A stretch of DNA of 64,000 nucleotides from Ophelia neglecta (lineage: Eukaryota). The notes beneath the pieces were generated by a model. That model saw only the letters and a program-made list of their open reading frames with translations. It was not told the origin of the DNA and did no database searches. Each line of letters starts with the position of its first letter. The stretch's first letter is position 1. The position numbers were made by a program, and so were the translations under genes. Below are positions 26,905-41,499 of this stretch, in pieces. The stretch lies in contig OZ260665.1 of NCBI GenBank assembly GCA_965285935.1, forward strand, positions 10,292,001 to 10,356,000, given 5' to 3'.

Positions 26905-27722
26905 GTGCGTACGCATGCGAATAATAGTTTCTAAAACGCTTAACAAAATTTAAAATCTTATACTATTATAGTTAGCCACTGACAGATATTACCCTGCATA
27001 TTTGAAATTAAGATAGCAGATACTAAGCGGTGTGAATACTGAGATACTTTCTCTTTATTACTGACGCATTCGGAGACAATTCTTTTCGTCCTTTCAGCTA
27101 CCGGTAGTGGTCGTCCATTTACAAGGAATCAACTATTACTGTTTTGAAAGCTTACATCAATAATATAATAGTGCTATTGAATAAATAAGTTCTATATTTG
27201 ATATAGTAGCTAACCCCACTGATCATGAGTGGTGTGTTTTACCGTGACCCAGCCAGATGTAGTAAATTCCCTATGACTCATTGCCCAACATTGTATTTAT
27301 CGCAAAACGTGAAGAAAATAAAGTCCTTAGTTCGAACCAAAAATTAAGAACAAACAGAAATTGGGTTATTTCTTCAGAATCTAACTTTAAATAAAAAGCG
27401 CCCAAAATTGCACGTAACAGGAAAAATAATATAATTATAGCTCCTGTCCGAAGTCAACGGTAAATATTACCAATATATTGATTGCTATGTCATAAGCTTT
27501 AAGTATACAAGAAAATAGATAACAATGCATTTAATGTGTAATGGATTATTAATTGATTTATGTCTTACTTCTGAGGGTTTTTTTTCTAATCACAATTTTG
27601 ACAATGTTTATCATCTATAAAAGAGGGACTCGCTTTATTATAAATAATTTTGATCGCGTCTGGTTCTTGTTAAATATTCAGTGATGCATAATACATGAAA
27701 TTATTTGGCCAACATTTATATA

Positions 27723-27901
27723 CTGTGAAACCTGTCTTAAAGACCACCTCTATAATCAGACCACCTGTCTATTCAGACCAATAATTTAAGAACCCAGTTG
27801 AACACTTACAATGTAAAAATAGCCTGTCTATACAGACCACCTCCCTTTTCAGACATGTATTTGCCAGTTCCTTATGTGGTCTTAATTCACAGGTTTCACT
27901 G
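27723..27901. mobile_element. Tc1/mariner-type MITE (copy 2)
   Basis: Near-identical to 14868-15046. Confidence 0.75.
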
Positions 27902-29635
27902 TATACGCAAATAACCACTAATAAGAAATGTTCGCGATGTAAGATCCATGGCCATTTCGGGATCTGATGATAAAAAGAGAAGTAGTGATCGCTTTCTGCT
28001 GTAGAATTTACTGATTTTACACGATTATACAGCCTACATTAGCCTATATCAATTTGAATTACTATTTTATTTCAATAAACCAATGATATATGTCCTATGT
28101 ACAAGGAGCGGTACTTCGCGAAATTTACTTACCCTTACCCATGCCATGTACAAGGCATTCATTCATAGGTCAAGACTCTTGTATGTCTTCGTTAATCCGA
28201 TTTGAATACCTTCATTGATGATATATTTTGAAATAGAATAAAGATATATCACAAATTGAAGGACTTGAAGTATTTACCTCTCTACATTTCTAGGCCATTG
28301 TATTCAAAAGCTGTTTAAGGCGGTACTCTTGAATCAATTTCTTTGGCCAATGTCATATAAAAGGCCAACATAGAAGTATTTACCCGATAGTGTAATGTCG
28401 AAGCGCGATTTTAAGGTAAATGTTTGCCAAGCATAATATAAACCCCTCATATCCAAACGTCTATAGGGTAGCAAAAGAGATACAATTTTCGCCGGGTTAT
28501 ATTGTCAACCTGGACATTTTTATTTGTAAGAATAACTAAAATAATAGGCTCATATTAGAAAATATTCTTTCTTTTCACAACAGCATTCTATATAATTCTG
28601 GAGAGGAAATCAATTCCTAATTACCTACTTCCTATCATAGCATATAAATTTCCTTCTACCTGATTCCTATCATAGCTAGTCGCTTCCTAACTGCTTACTT
28701 CCTATAATAGATTCCTATCTATCTCCTTTCAATTCCTTCTTAATATGTACATAGCGTCAGTCGAACTATAATGAATTCATTAAAGATCAAACATAAAGTG
28801 GAGTTTATCCAATTTGAATAGCAAGGATTTCGCAATGAAAAGAAAGCGCATTAAATGCGTGATGTGCTTCAAATCATTTGCACTTCTCGTATTCCAGGCC
28901 ATTGTAGCTATTTGCATTGAAAACTGCTTGTAAATCTTCACTTGAAGGTAGTGGTGGTCCTCTGTCCAAATAATGACTTATCTCGCTTTTATATAATGCT
29001 GACATATATGTGTTTACATATATATTTAAACGCTAAAGTAAACACTACGCACCTGGCGTGTATTCTGTGAATATTTATTAAGCTGAAGTTAAACCAACAT
29101 GTCAAAACTTCTATAGGATAGAAATAAATACTTTGAAATACAAGTAATTGTAAACCAGAATAGTTTTGCTCTTAAAAATATGTTTTCGTATGTAGTTATG
29201 AAGGCAACATTCGCCGGTTGCAAGTCGCAATAATATCCATGTGAAGATAACCTAGTTAGGCCAAACCTATCACAGAAGTCAATTACTATCCAGATATATG
29301 GTAGTACATCAATTTCTATCTACTTACTTTCTCACACAATAAATCAATTCACATGAACCTACTTTCTATCCTAGTACATCAGTTGCTAGCTATTTAGCTC
29401 CTATCATAGTAAATCAAGCCCTAACAATCTTAACCCTGTTATAGGAAAACAAAACATATTTATTCAATAATTCCTGTCTGCTCGTAAATGTATCCTGGAC
29501 AAGGAAATCAGCGACATTTTCCCTTAGTCGAAACATACATGCTTTACAGTATGACTCTAAGTGAGCAACTGTTTATATACAGCAGGCAAAGTCACTTCAT
29601 TTGACTTCAGACCTGCCAGAATCAACTACATCAAA

Positions 29636-32600
29636 ATGTCTGCCTTAGGCTTCTGTCTACTGGTCTGTTTCTACTGGACGCTTGTTAGCGTTAACTGTGA
29701 ATTAGATTCTACAAATCAAGGATATACGCTCCATGGCGAAGTAAAGGACATCAGAGGAAGTGACAGAAATCAGAACCACTATGATAAAGTTGAAGGACTC
29801 GTTACTGAGTGAGTAATACTCTTTTGTAAAGTCCGGGTTTCGAATCTATATGAACGCCCTTTATTCCAATAATGTATAGATATTATAAACTGTTGCCACG
29901 ACAGTGCTTCCTTCTTCATCCATGTTGACTACCAATCGTCCCACTTTGTTGTAGAACAATTGCCTAATCGGCCAAAGGATATTCCCGTCCTGGATTTTGG
30001 TAAGAAAACGTAGCAATAAATTATAGTCATATATACTCCTGAATTGCCTGATGAAGTTAATAGATATTATGCTATGGTTCAAACTGATAGATTCGTTTGT
30101 ATTTTACAGAACCGCTGCTCAGAGACTCCAGGGAAGTGACGAAAAAAAGCTACGGTAAAATTAACACATCAAACATTCAGCAAATATTATTAGCCAGAAG
30201 GATATCAGTCCGTTTAATGTTTTTAATTCTTAATTATCCCCTTCGTGTATATTTATTTACCACATGGCCTACAAACATACCATTTGATATGGCGGGGGAG
30301 GGGGCGAGGGGGAGGCTTATGTGGCCTTTGTGCGATCAAGGTGTATTAATTTTCACGCTATTTGCTACAACGAAATCTGTTTAGGCAGAGTTCTAGGCCA
30401 AGTTTGTTTGTGTTGTAAGAGAAAGGAGAGGTAACTTAAACATAATATAAAAAATATATATTTTTGACAAGTTAGAAATGATGTATTGTTTTCAAAAATC
30501 GGATAGACAATCACTACCAATTTTAAGGTGTGTCATTTTTCTATGGTGCCTGCATTTGTCTATGAATGGACTCATATCGTAGGCCAAACAAATGAACAAA
30601 CATTAAGGCAACTAAATGTTTATCCGACCAAACATATATACGAGTCAATACGCTGTTGACAGCCGTGGCCTAACGTATATTCACTATAGAATTACCATTC
30701 GTTAAATCATTTAGGTAGAATCTATTTGCGCTGCTAGTCACGCTTAACATACATGGGAGAAAAACACAGTTGTACTATAACGTTACATGCTAAATAGTAT
30801 AGACACGCGAGACGCATTGCAAAGTTAAGAGCTTTTGGCGTCAAAAACCTTGTAAGATGACATCTTTTGACATTATTATTCTGTAGCATTCAATTCTCTT
30901 TGTTCGATACTGCATCCATAATTTTCATAAACAACTCTATTATATGGTTCAATATCATTTCGACAGCTCTGATATCTGGGAGTGAACACAATGTGCCAGA
31001 CGCGTCTTTGACCGCTTCCGCTGTGCTTGTAAGCTCAAATTATACGCCCCTAAATGTTCCAGAATTGGGGTAACAAGGCCAGGTTGTCATCCTGACCACG
31101 CATGGGTTGCAGACAAATCGCAGAAAGAAATGTGGATCCAGGTACAGTAATAAAAAAGCCATGGTCGTAACAGCCATGGTCGCTGTGGATATGCAGGAGA
31201 AGGTTCTGGTATCTACGCTGAATAAAACTAAATATAACTTGCACAACCAATCAACATGACTTGCACATACAACTGCAGATAACGCAGTCACGTCCAGTCC
31301 ATTGATGAAAACGTACATCGATGTGTTTAAAACACTGGGCAATATGATATATGTTGTCATTTGTTTTAGGTCGACCTAGGAAACACTCACATTATTCAGG
31401 CCGTAGCAACTCAAGGCAGAAGTTTCTACCATCAGTATGTGACATCATACAAGCTAGCTTCTTTTGATGGCCAACTGGTCTTTTATCGGGATGGAAAGGT
31501 ATTTACTTAAGCGAAAAGCAAAATGGACATATAAAAGCCACTGAGCGGGTTTGGTTACTAAAAGCAACAAACCCATGTCACTCCACACCTCCAAACCCTA
31601 TGATGATGCAGATGACTTATTTCGTGAATTCTATAAAACCCATCCACCCGTACCATTCTCCACAAGATAATCAATATCCATGTATTGTCAAAATGCTATC
31701 GTATTTATTAGCAGCCCGTACCGTCCATCGAAAATGGCTCATATTAATAGAACGGCGGAGCATCCGATCCCAGTGGTGAGCCTTCCATTGTAATCTTGCG
31801 AATGGCAAAAGAATGAAATATTCAAAGTCGGTTTCACAAACTATTTCTATGTGAGCCACAATTATGAATACCATGGTGCGCTTAATCGAACCGGAATGTA
31901 TTCAGTTGTGAAGTTCTAAGGTGTGGGTCACCTTAACAAGTGAGAAATCTGCGTTAAAACAATGTTGTCTGTAACCAATTGCAGACGAACTGCTCCCGAT
32001 GCGGTCACACTAAACATCGAAATCCCCGAAACCCACCGAAACCGACCTACAACTAGTGATATTTGCGGCATATAAAAACCCGTGTATACTACACACTAGC
32101 ATACACTAGTTTTCCAATCATTTGAGATATCTTTTTTGGCATTATAACGACACTTTTGTATCATTATTATCGAGACACGAGTGCTGCCCCCTGTTGTCTA
32201 TTAGGACACACGGTTCAGGAATGCGCGCAAATCTATAGAGTTGATTTCTCCCACTATGAAGTGTTAACATAATCGAAAGACAGCAATCATATAATTTATC
32301 CAAAAGATAAAAGGACTGATATGATATTTGTAGTTTCCGCCTTGGCATCCCTATCTTGACATTAATACTTGGTTAAGCTCGGTTTCAATGTTTAGTATGA
32401 CCCCTCCGCCATGGTAATAAGTAGTATATGCTGCGTCGTACCGATACTTTCTAGTTTGTGTTGTGTATGTATCATTGTTGGCTTGTAAAGTTTGTTTGTG
32501 TTATAAAGTGTCATCGTACATGTCGGTAGATTCTCGGTGTTGGTCAATTATACAAGTTACTGGCGCTCCCGATGCCGCTATAGAAAGCACTAGCCGGGTT

Positions 32601-32942
32601 GTATAATAATAGATCATTAAAGCAAGATACATCCCGTCCATTACCACCTAACCTCAAACATTGGTTTTTAGGGCAAATATTTAGTGCCACAAAAATTCAT
32701 GTTCTGTACTATTTTAAAAGACGTGCTTTCTTGGTTCATCAAATGATGTAACATTGATCATGCAACACTGAACTATCTGGTCAACTTGTCAGGTGTTTGG
32801 AGCCAATTCTGACCGGCAGACTGTGGTTAAACACGCCCTGAGTCCGACAATGAAAGCTCAGAGGGTTCGACTCTATGTGTTGTATTACTACCAGCACCCT
32901 TCAATGAAATGGGAGCTTTATGGTTATCCGTGCACATGTTAG
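29636..32942 (+). pseudogene. Gene A2: frameshifted paralog of A1
   Basis: Exons 29636-29808 (44-nt deletion), 30110-30154, 30967-31141 (1-nt deletion), 31370-31498, 32793-32942; spliced frame reaches TGA at ~30983. Confidence 0.85.
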
Positions 32943-34497
32943 GTGTGTAAGTATGAAATCAATACTGCTTTACAACACTAAACTGTGTTTAAAATATATT
33001 ACGGTCTTTCTATAAAACCTCACCTTATATCAATTATGCTAACCTAATATTCAATCAGAGTACAAGAATTACTCAATTGTGCCAAAAACTAATTATTCTC
33101 ATCTTTTAGGTCACGGAGCTGGATTCTTTTATTATTGGAAATCCAACAATCCGTTACGGCAATTTTTCAAAATCAATCATAAATGAACATTCACAACTGA
33201 TTTCACGATATATCAAAGTCTATATGATTAATTTTAAACCAGGATGGAGTTCCGAAGTCTCAGAAGACACTTAAAGATAATTATCTTAAATAGAAACAAC
33301 ATAACCCGAATTTTTTTCGAGTATGATCTCTGCTGTAATGCCTGTTTATACACAAGCACACAATTAACCAATTAATATTAGCTTTGATTGCTACCTAATT
33401 TAAGATATGAAAATAATTTATTTCAAATCGAAGTTAACCACTTAGCAATTAAATTTAAGTTGCACCAAGAAGAAAAATGAGTTAAATTCAATAGATTGAA
33501 TGATTTAAGTATACATGCATTGTAAAACTAATAGGGCAGAGTTCCTATCTGAGGTAACTGGCGCAATAATAAAATGTGTTGTGGATATTTAATACTTGTT
33601 TTCATTACCGCCATTTTTACCAATCTATGATTCATATAACTACATCTTATGTCTTGGGTGGTGGTTTGATTGTTTTATAATTGTGTGCAACTCAATTGGT
33701 GGACATTCCTTTTTGCCAATGCAAAAACATATTAATAGTTTTATTGTTGCTTTACATATTATATTATATATGTACAAAAGGGAATTGAACATGGATATAT
33801 GTCCTACAAAATAAATGAGATATATTCAATTTGAAAAGGAACAAAAACACCTAAAAGAAAAAAAGAACACTATAAAATTATCGCCTAACAAGGAGGACGA
33901 ACTCGGAGCAAGTTAAAAAAAACTGAAGCTGAGTTTAGAGTTTAAGAATTAGAAGGTTACATTATTCGGATGGAGTTGATCAAGAGATCCCTGGCCTCTT
34001 CCCAAAAACATTGTGAACTGCACCATGTTACAATTTTGTCAATAATAAAATTCCACACAAACTAAACAGATTCGTGAAGAAATGAATTTCAAACAGGGGT
34101 GAATCTTGCTAATGGTCTATTTATTTTCTGTGACTGCCTGGTAGAATGCATTTGGGCTACGTGCTTAATCCATATACCTACATATAAAGAATCTCGAATC
34201 TGCCATTTTGGGTTTTACAGTTAACCTTCCATGTTTATTGGAGGAGGATAAATCACTGTTTGAGCAAGATTACTTATTGGTCCTTGGAGGTCTCTTTGTA
34301 ATCGAATTCTGATTATTTTCTATAAAGGATCCACTTTATGTGTTTTGATCAAATGGGGAAGGGCCAGCCATTGAATCGGTCCGAATACTACCGGATCATT
34401 AACTGCAAACATCCGCTTATATGATGTAAGTTCAATCAAACAATATGAACACGTTTATTTTCGCTATGAGTTTGATTGCTTCTATCTTATTTCGTAA

Positions 34498-34625
34498 GTC
34501 AATCAAGGCACCACATACAGAAACCAGAGAGTAGCAACTCATTGCAGGTATGTCTATTCCCAGTTATGACATAATACAACCTCAGTTCTGATGATTTACC
34601 GCTCGCCTACTATGAAAATGGAGAG
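34498..34625 (+). pseudogene. Relic discoidin exon 4 (duplicate of 21779-21906)
   Basis: Near-identical copy in the second duplication unit. Confidence 0.7.
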
Positions 34626-36884
34626 GGATATTTTATACCACCACGCACGGTACATAGATTTAGTTGTGTTAATATGAAAGGTGAGCGGTGAAGAAGAGTA
34701 TCTTATACCCAAAGCTTTTTAAAGTGAGACTCGACCATAAAAAGATAATTAAAGGAACATAACATTGATGATAATGAACAATAAACTATTTTATTTATCA
34801 TATCATCAATAATGAACCGGAAAATTAGATTACTGTGAGTAACATGTGTAAGAGTACTAAACTAGCTGGTTTCCGAGAATCCATTTACAATAGAGTAGTG
34901 TTGTATAATTAGATTTGGATGTTTGAGGTTTAACGGTATAGCTATTGAATATGAAGACAGTTAACTTGAAGCAATTCAAGACATTGACGTTGAAGTCGTT
35001 ATTAAGCATATGGCTAGACAAATACTTTAATTGTTTTTTTTTTTAAATCTTATCCCATTGGGTATTTTTTTATTCTAGCAGGCACAGAAAGTGCTAAATC
35101 TGTAATAATTCCAGCCATACCATTGACATGTGTGCAGTAGTATAAGTAGGATGTGCAGTAGTATAAGAGATCAATTTAAATTAATTTCTTTCTTTGTCAT
35201 GAATATCACGATTTATGACCCATTGCCCGTTGAACAATGCATCTCGATATTTGCTTAGCTCCATACAAAGACTTATGAATTCAGTAAAAAGTTCTTTGTA
35301 TGCCTTTAAGTGCCGTGAGTCCTATTCGAATAACTAGTTTTTTTGCAACGAAATGAAAATATATGAGGCAATAACTTTGTTAAGTACATAGAATTATTTA
35401 CCTCTCACCGTCTGCAGGTCGTTGGAGCCACTTGTGAAGGAAATTGTGATACATTTTCACTTGACGGGAGTGGCGGTCCTTTTTTTAATTAATTTCTTTG
35501 TCCAGCTTTATATACAATGCATTAAAGGGATCGGTGTGTTGCTCGAGGGGAAGCCCCATATAGTAGTATTCAAGATTGTCCGGTACCGCCTTCGTCATCT
35601 CATACATAGTAATGTTTTTCAGTGCCTGAATTGACATTTATTGGGTCCATATTCGTTTGACCATTACCTGAGGACTTTAAAATGGGTAGTCCACGATGCG
35701 TACAACTGTCGCAAAAGTACCGACAATGCTTTGGTAAAAAATATAATATACTGGTTAAATCCAATATTAGAACCCAATGTTAACTGCTGAAGTGAAGCCA
35801 GAAGGCAAAACCACGAAACTTTCCTGTTGCAAACATTTTTACATGTTCTTTTCATTGTACAATATTATATTTAATTCCTTTAAGCAACTTATATATTGCT
35901 TTCAAGCAATGATATATGAATAACTGAGTACCTGTCATTGTCAGCTTAGCTCCTCCATTTTAAGTGACATAGGCAGTGGACGAAAACTGTTTGTTTGCCT
36001 TTGATGGGTGTTTTATGGTGACCTATTACCTCCACTTGGAGTGAAAAATGATACCCACGAGGCTATAATATGGAGTCTATTGACCTAATGGATTACTTAT
36101 ATATATTTACTTAGCTCCATGCCAAGCTCATTACTACTGTCGTTCATAGCAGAAACGGTCTTGAGGGATCTCTGAATCTGTTTTTGCTATATGTCAAGTT
36201 CATAAAGGTATTCTAAAGGAAAACACTCTTTGTTCAGGTTAACTTAACGGTCGTGGGACATCTCTTTGTAAAGGAATGACTGTATAGGTTTTGATCAATA
36301 TAGAAAAGCCTACACTGTGGCGTCTTACCTGGAAAACACGAACAACTTCAATGCCAAGTTTGTTAATCTCGTTCTAAACAAACCCTTTTGTGATTTTTTT
36401 CTTTTACGAGCTCTCCTTTGGAATAGATTCGAATCATACTTATTACCCATAAAGGAATCGCTGTAAGGTTTTGATAATAAAGTAGAGCTGGCACTTTTCG
36501 GGAAAGAAAATTAAGTGTTTAACACGTCAAATGTAAACTCGACAACTCTCGATTTCTAAATAATAGCAATAGATACTTACCTTAAAACTAATCAGAAATT
36601 TTCGGAAGCAGGAAACATTTAAAAAATTCCGGTAATTACAAAATAAACAAATCTCCGTGGAATTGCCTGCTTAACCTACTTTGTTGTATTTTCAACAAGA
36701 CACCTCTAAACCGTGACAATGTTCAATGTTGTAAAGTATACTGAAATAAAATTCTTGAACATTTCATGGTGGTGTACATTTCTTGATTTACAGTATGATA
36801 TCACCAGGTAGCAACTCGGCCGCCAGGTGACAGGCACGTTGAACTCATTTCGCTTCAGACCTGTGAGACTGATCACCAGCAAGC

Positions 36885-39783
36885 ATGTCTTCCTTTAGGT
36901 TCTGTCTGTTGGTCTGTTTCTATTGCACTCTTGTCAACATTCATTGCGAGTTTGGCTCCAACTTTGAAAAAAGAGTAATGCATGAAGATGAAAAGACAAT
37001 CGGTGAAAGAATTGACCCGCTGAATATAGAACTGATGGACGCAATCATTGGAATGCACAAAATGATTAAACAGTTAGAGACTGCTTTACTGAGTAAGTTA
37101 GGTTCATTTTTCAATCCTTGGTTGAAGTTGGTATCCAGTATGGTTGTATAATACACACACGGTGTATGTCATGTCAATATTTGGTCCTTCTATATTCTTT
37201 ACATTTATTATAACTTTTCCATCTTATTGCATGTTGGTTGCGAAACTCCAATTTGACAAAAGGTCTAGCCGACCTTGACCTCATTATAAATAAATAGATT
37301 AAGAAATATGGCGTCGGTATATATTTGTTCATTTCCTGAATTTAATAATAATAATACGTACTTAACATGCTATGCTCAAACTAATTGACTGTATTGTATC
37401 CAACAGGAGAGTACAGGGGAGTGACAAACAAAAGCCACGGTAAAAATAACATTTTAAACATTCAACAGATGGTACTTGGTTTAAGAGCATTAATCCACGA
37501 TGTTGATCATACTTTGATAGCTCCTTTTCAGGCATATGAAAGCAACACGATGTCTAAGTATAATTTAAAAGGTCATGAGCAATTTTTGCTTCTTAGATTC
37601 TTTTTTGTCCACATGACAAGTTTGTTCTTTTATTTACATAATATTTTGTATGTTATGAACCTATGGTATTAAGCCATTTTTATTATTAGGCATATGCCAT
37701 TTGAAATGGGGCATAGGGGGGCTGAGGGGGATACAATCTATCCTCTCATACACATGAATGATTTATACTTGGTCTGTGCTATAAACAAATATTGTTTGAA
37801 GGGAATCCACCGCTAACATTAATATTGTATTCCCTTGATGGTGCCTGAGATCGTCTATGATTTAGTTTGAAGCATGAGCAGCTATTAGTAAACGAACAAT
37901 AAGAAAGTAAATATTCACCGAGCCAGACAAGTAGACGTCTAAAGGCAAAATCAAATAAGACTACAATATTGGGACGTCCTCAAAACCGCCATGAAGAGTA
38001 TATTTGTCACGCTAGACACGTTCCTCATATATGCACCAAATTGTCTTCTCAATATAGCTTCTGAATATTCAACACATCTGCCATATTGTTAAATCTTGAT
38101 TTTGGAATAATACTTAACAGCAAAAAAATCATCATGTCACAAACATTGAAACATAGCCAAGTTCATTTTCAAAGAGGTGAAGTTTGGTAACATAGCCAAG
38201 TTTTAAGGTCAAAGAGTTACAAACTAATTTTAATTAGGTCAAAGTTTTACAAGCCTTCTACGCTAGGCTCAGCAGTTTTGCTATATCGTATAAACCATGG
38301 TTACTACTTTGATAAATAAAAGCTTTCTACTCAATAAGATGTATTGATTTATTCATTGCAGCCTTGATTTCTGGGACTGAACACCGTGTGCCTGATGAGG
38401 CCTTGACGGCGTCTAACAGTTACCAGAAAGATTGTGGCCCACAGTGCTCAAGGCTCGGTGTCCCGAAACCTAGAGGTTGTCTTAGCTACGCATGGGTTGC
38501 TAATAGACAGATCAAAGATTTGTGGATCCAGGTAGAAAACAAATAGCGGGTTGCCTAAAAGAAAAATTAGACAAAATCTAAAGTACTGCTATTTTCATGG
38601 TATTTCGACTGTCTTTAGGTTTGACCATGAAACACGCAATTGGAAGATGAGGGCGACAAGTCCAGTGTAAATTTTGCTCAATTTGTCATCAACCAGATAG
38701 AATAAAGGCATATATGAATGGATATTGACCCAACTCACAAAGACAAAAAGTTATACATGGGTGCTGTTTGAGTTAACATAATGTACCGGTAAAACAAGAT
38801 AACTCTGTGTGGCATTCTGTTTTCCAAAGTGTTTCACGATTAATATACCATTACAGTAATGTTTGAAATCATTTAATTTAGCATTAGAAGCTAAATTCTA
38901 AGGAGCGTAATGTAAGGTCCACCTTATATTTTAAAATAACATCATGCATGCTGTAGCCTGATGTTCAATGATCGACCTTTGAATTGATCCGAAGATTTCG
39001 GCTATATAAACTGCACAGTTCTTCCGAGTCCACATGGTTTCGGATTAATTTAATTGATTATTCTAAATAAATTATTTTGCTTTATTTCTGCCCGAATATT
39101 CACTCCCGTTGTTTTTACATGCTAAGGGTTATGTTGTCAAGTAATATTTATATTTTGATTTTTTGCTGTGCGTGGTGTTCATACGATCTTATTACTTCAT
39201 AGGTTGATCTTGGTTCAACACACAGAATCCAGAGAGTTGCAACCCAAGGCAGAGATATCGATGGCCAGTTTGTGAAATCATACAAACTGGCGTATGGCGA
39301 TGAAAATGTTGTCTACTATCAGAATGGACAGGTAACTTAAATAATCGCTAGTTTAATCACTAAACGTGTTTGGCTTAAATTGGTCAAACGGGCTGAACAA
39401 GTTACCATGGATGCGATCCAATAATATTAGCAAATATTGCCTTTCAACATACAGTTGTCGCTAATGTTGACTTAGAGATTCCAGATATGTTCGCAATCTA
39501 ATTTGTCCACCACATATATCTCAGATAGTGGCTGCCTGTGCTTTGACTTTAACCAATGCTTGAAGCGGGACTCGACCGTGCCGACAGTATTTATAAACCT
39601 TAAACACATGGCCCTTCAATTTGTTAGGTTTTCCATGCAAATTCAGTCCCGGACGCTGTTGTGATTCACACACTGACTCCCACAATGAAGGCTCGAAAGG
39701 TTCGACTCTATGTTTTGAATTTCCAATATCACCCTTCTTTGAGATGGGAGCTCTATGGTTACCAGTGCACGTGCACGTGCTAG
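36885..39783 (+). CDS. Gene B2: secreted coiled-coil + discoidin protein, 231 aa, intact
   Basis: Exons 36885-37092, 37407-37439, 38362-38531 (6 nt shorter than B1, in frame), 39203-39331, 39628-39783 (696 nt). Confidence 0.9.
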
Positions 39784-40597
39784 GTGCGTACGCATGCGAA
39801 TAATAGTTTCTAAAACGCTTAACAAAATTTAAAATCTTATACTATTATAGTTAGCCACTGACAGATATTACTCTGCATATTTGAAATTAAGATTAAGAAA
39901 CGGTATGAATACTGAGATACTTTCTCTATATTACTGACGCATTCGGAGACAATTCTTTTTGTCCTTTCAGCTACCGGTAGTGGTCGTCCATTACAAGGAA
40001 TAAACTATTACTGTTTTGAAAGCTTACATCAATAATATAATAGTGCTATTGAATAAATAAGTTCTATATTTGATATAAAGTAGCATTAACCCCACTGATC
40101 ATGAGTGGTGTATTTTACGGTGGTCCAGCCAGAAGTAGTAATTTCCCTATGACTCATTGCCCAACATTGTATTGATAGCAAAACGTGAAGAAAATAAAGT
40201 CCTTAGTTCGAACCAAAAATTAAGAACAAACAGAAATTGGGTTATTTCTTCAGAATCTAACTTTAAATAAAAAGCACCCGAAATTGCACGTAACAGGAAA
40301 AATAATATAACTTTAGCTCCAGTCCGAAGTCAACGGTAAATGTTACCAATATATTGATTGCTATGTCATAAGCTAAAAGTATACAAGAAAGTTGATAACA
40401 ATGCATTAAATGTGTAATCGATTATTAATTGATACATGTATAACTTCTTAGAGTTTTGTTCTAATCACAATTTTGACAATGTTTATCGTCTATAAAAGAG
40501 GGACTCGCTTTATTATAAATAATTTCGATCGCATCTGGTTCTTGTCAAATATTCAGTGATGCATAACACACGAAATTATTTTACCAACATTTATATA

Positions 40598-40776
40598 CTG
40601 TGAAACCTGTCTTGAAGACCACCTCTATAATCAGACCACCTGTCTATTCAGACCAATAATTTAAGAACCCAGTTGAACACTTACAATGTAAAAATAGCCT
40701 GTCTATACAGACCACCTCCCTTTTCAGACCAGTATTTGCCAGTTCCTTAGGTGGTCTTAATTCACAGGTTTCACTG
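40598..40776. mobile_element. Tc1/mariner-type MITE (copy 3)
   Basis: Near-identical to 14868-15046. Confidence 0.75.
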
Positions 40777-41499
40777 TTTATGCAAATAACCACTAATAAG
40801 AAATGTTGCCGATGTAAGATCCATGATCATTTTCTAGAGGATCTGATGATAAATAGAGAAGTAGTGAGCGCTTTCTGCTGTAGAATTTACTGATTTTACA
40901 CGATTATACAGCCTATATTAGCCTTTATCAATTTGAATTACTCACTGATACATACCCTATGTGCATAGAGCGATACTTAGCGATATTTACTTACCCTTAC
41001 CCATACCATGTACAAGGCATTCATTCATAGGTCAAGACTCTTGTATGTCTTCGTTAATCCGATTTGAATACCTTCATTGATGATATATTTTGAAATAGAA
41101 TAAAGATATATCACAAATTGAAGGACTTGAAGTATTTACCTCTCTACATTTCTAGGCCATTGAAGCCATTTGTATTCAAAAGCTCTTTAAGGCGGTACTC
41201 TTGAATCAATTTCTTTCGCCAATGTCATATAAAAGGCCAACATAGAAGTATTTACCCGATAGTGTAATGTCGAAGCGCGAGTTTAAGGTAAATGTTTGCC
41301 AAGCATAATATAAACCCCTCCTATCCAAACGTCTATAGGGTAGCAAAAGAAATACAATTTTCGCCGGGTTATATTGTCAACTTGGACATTTTTATTTGTA
41401 AGAATAACTAAAATAATAGGCTCATATTAGAAAATATTCTTTCTTTTCACAACAGCATTCTATTCTTTACCAAGCTAGGACAATTCTGGAGAGGAAATA

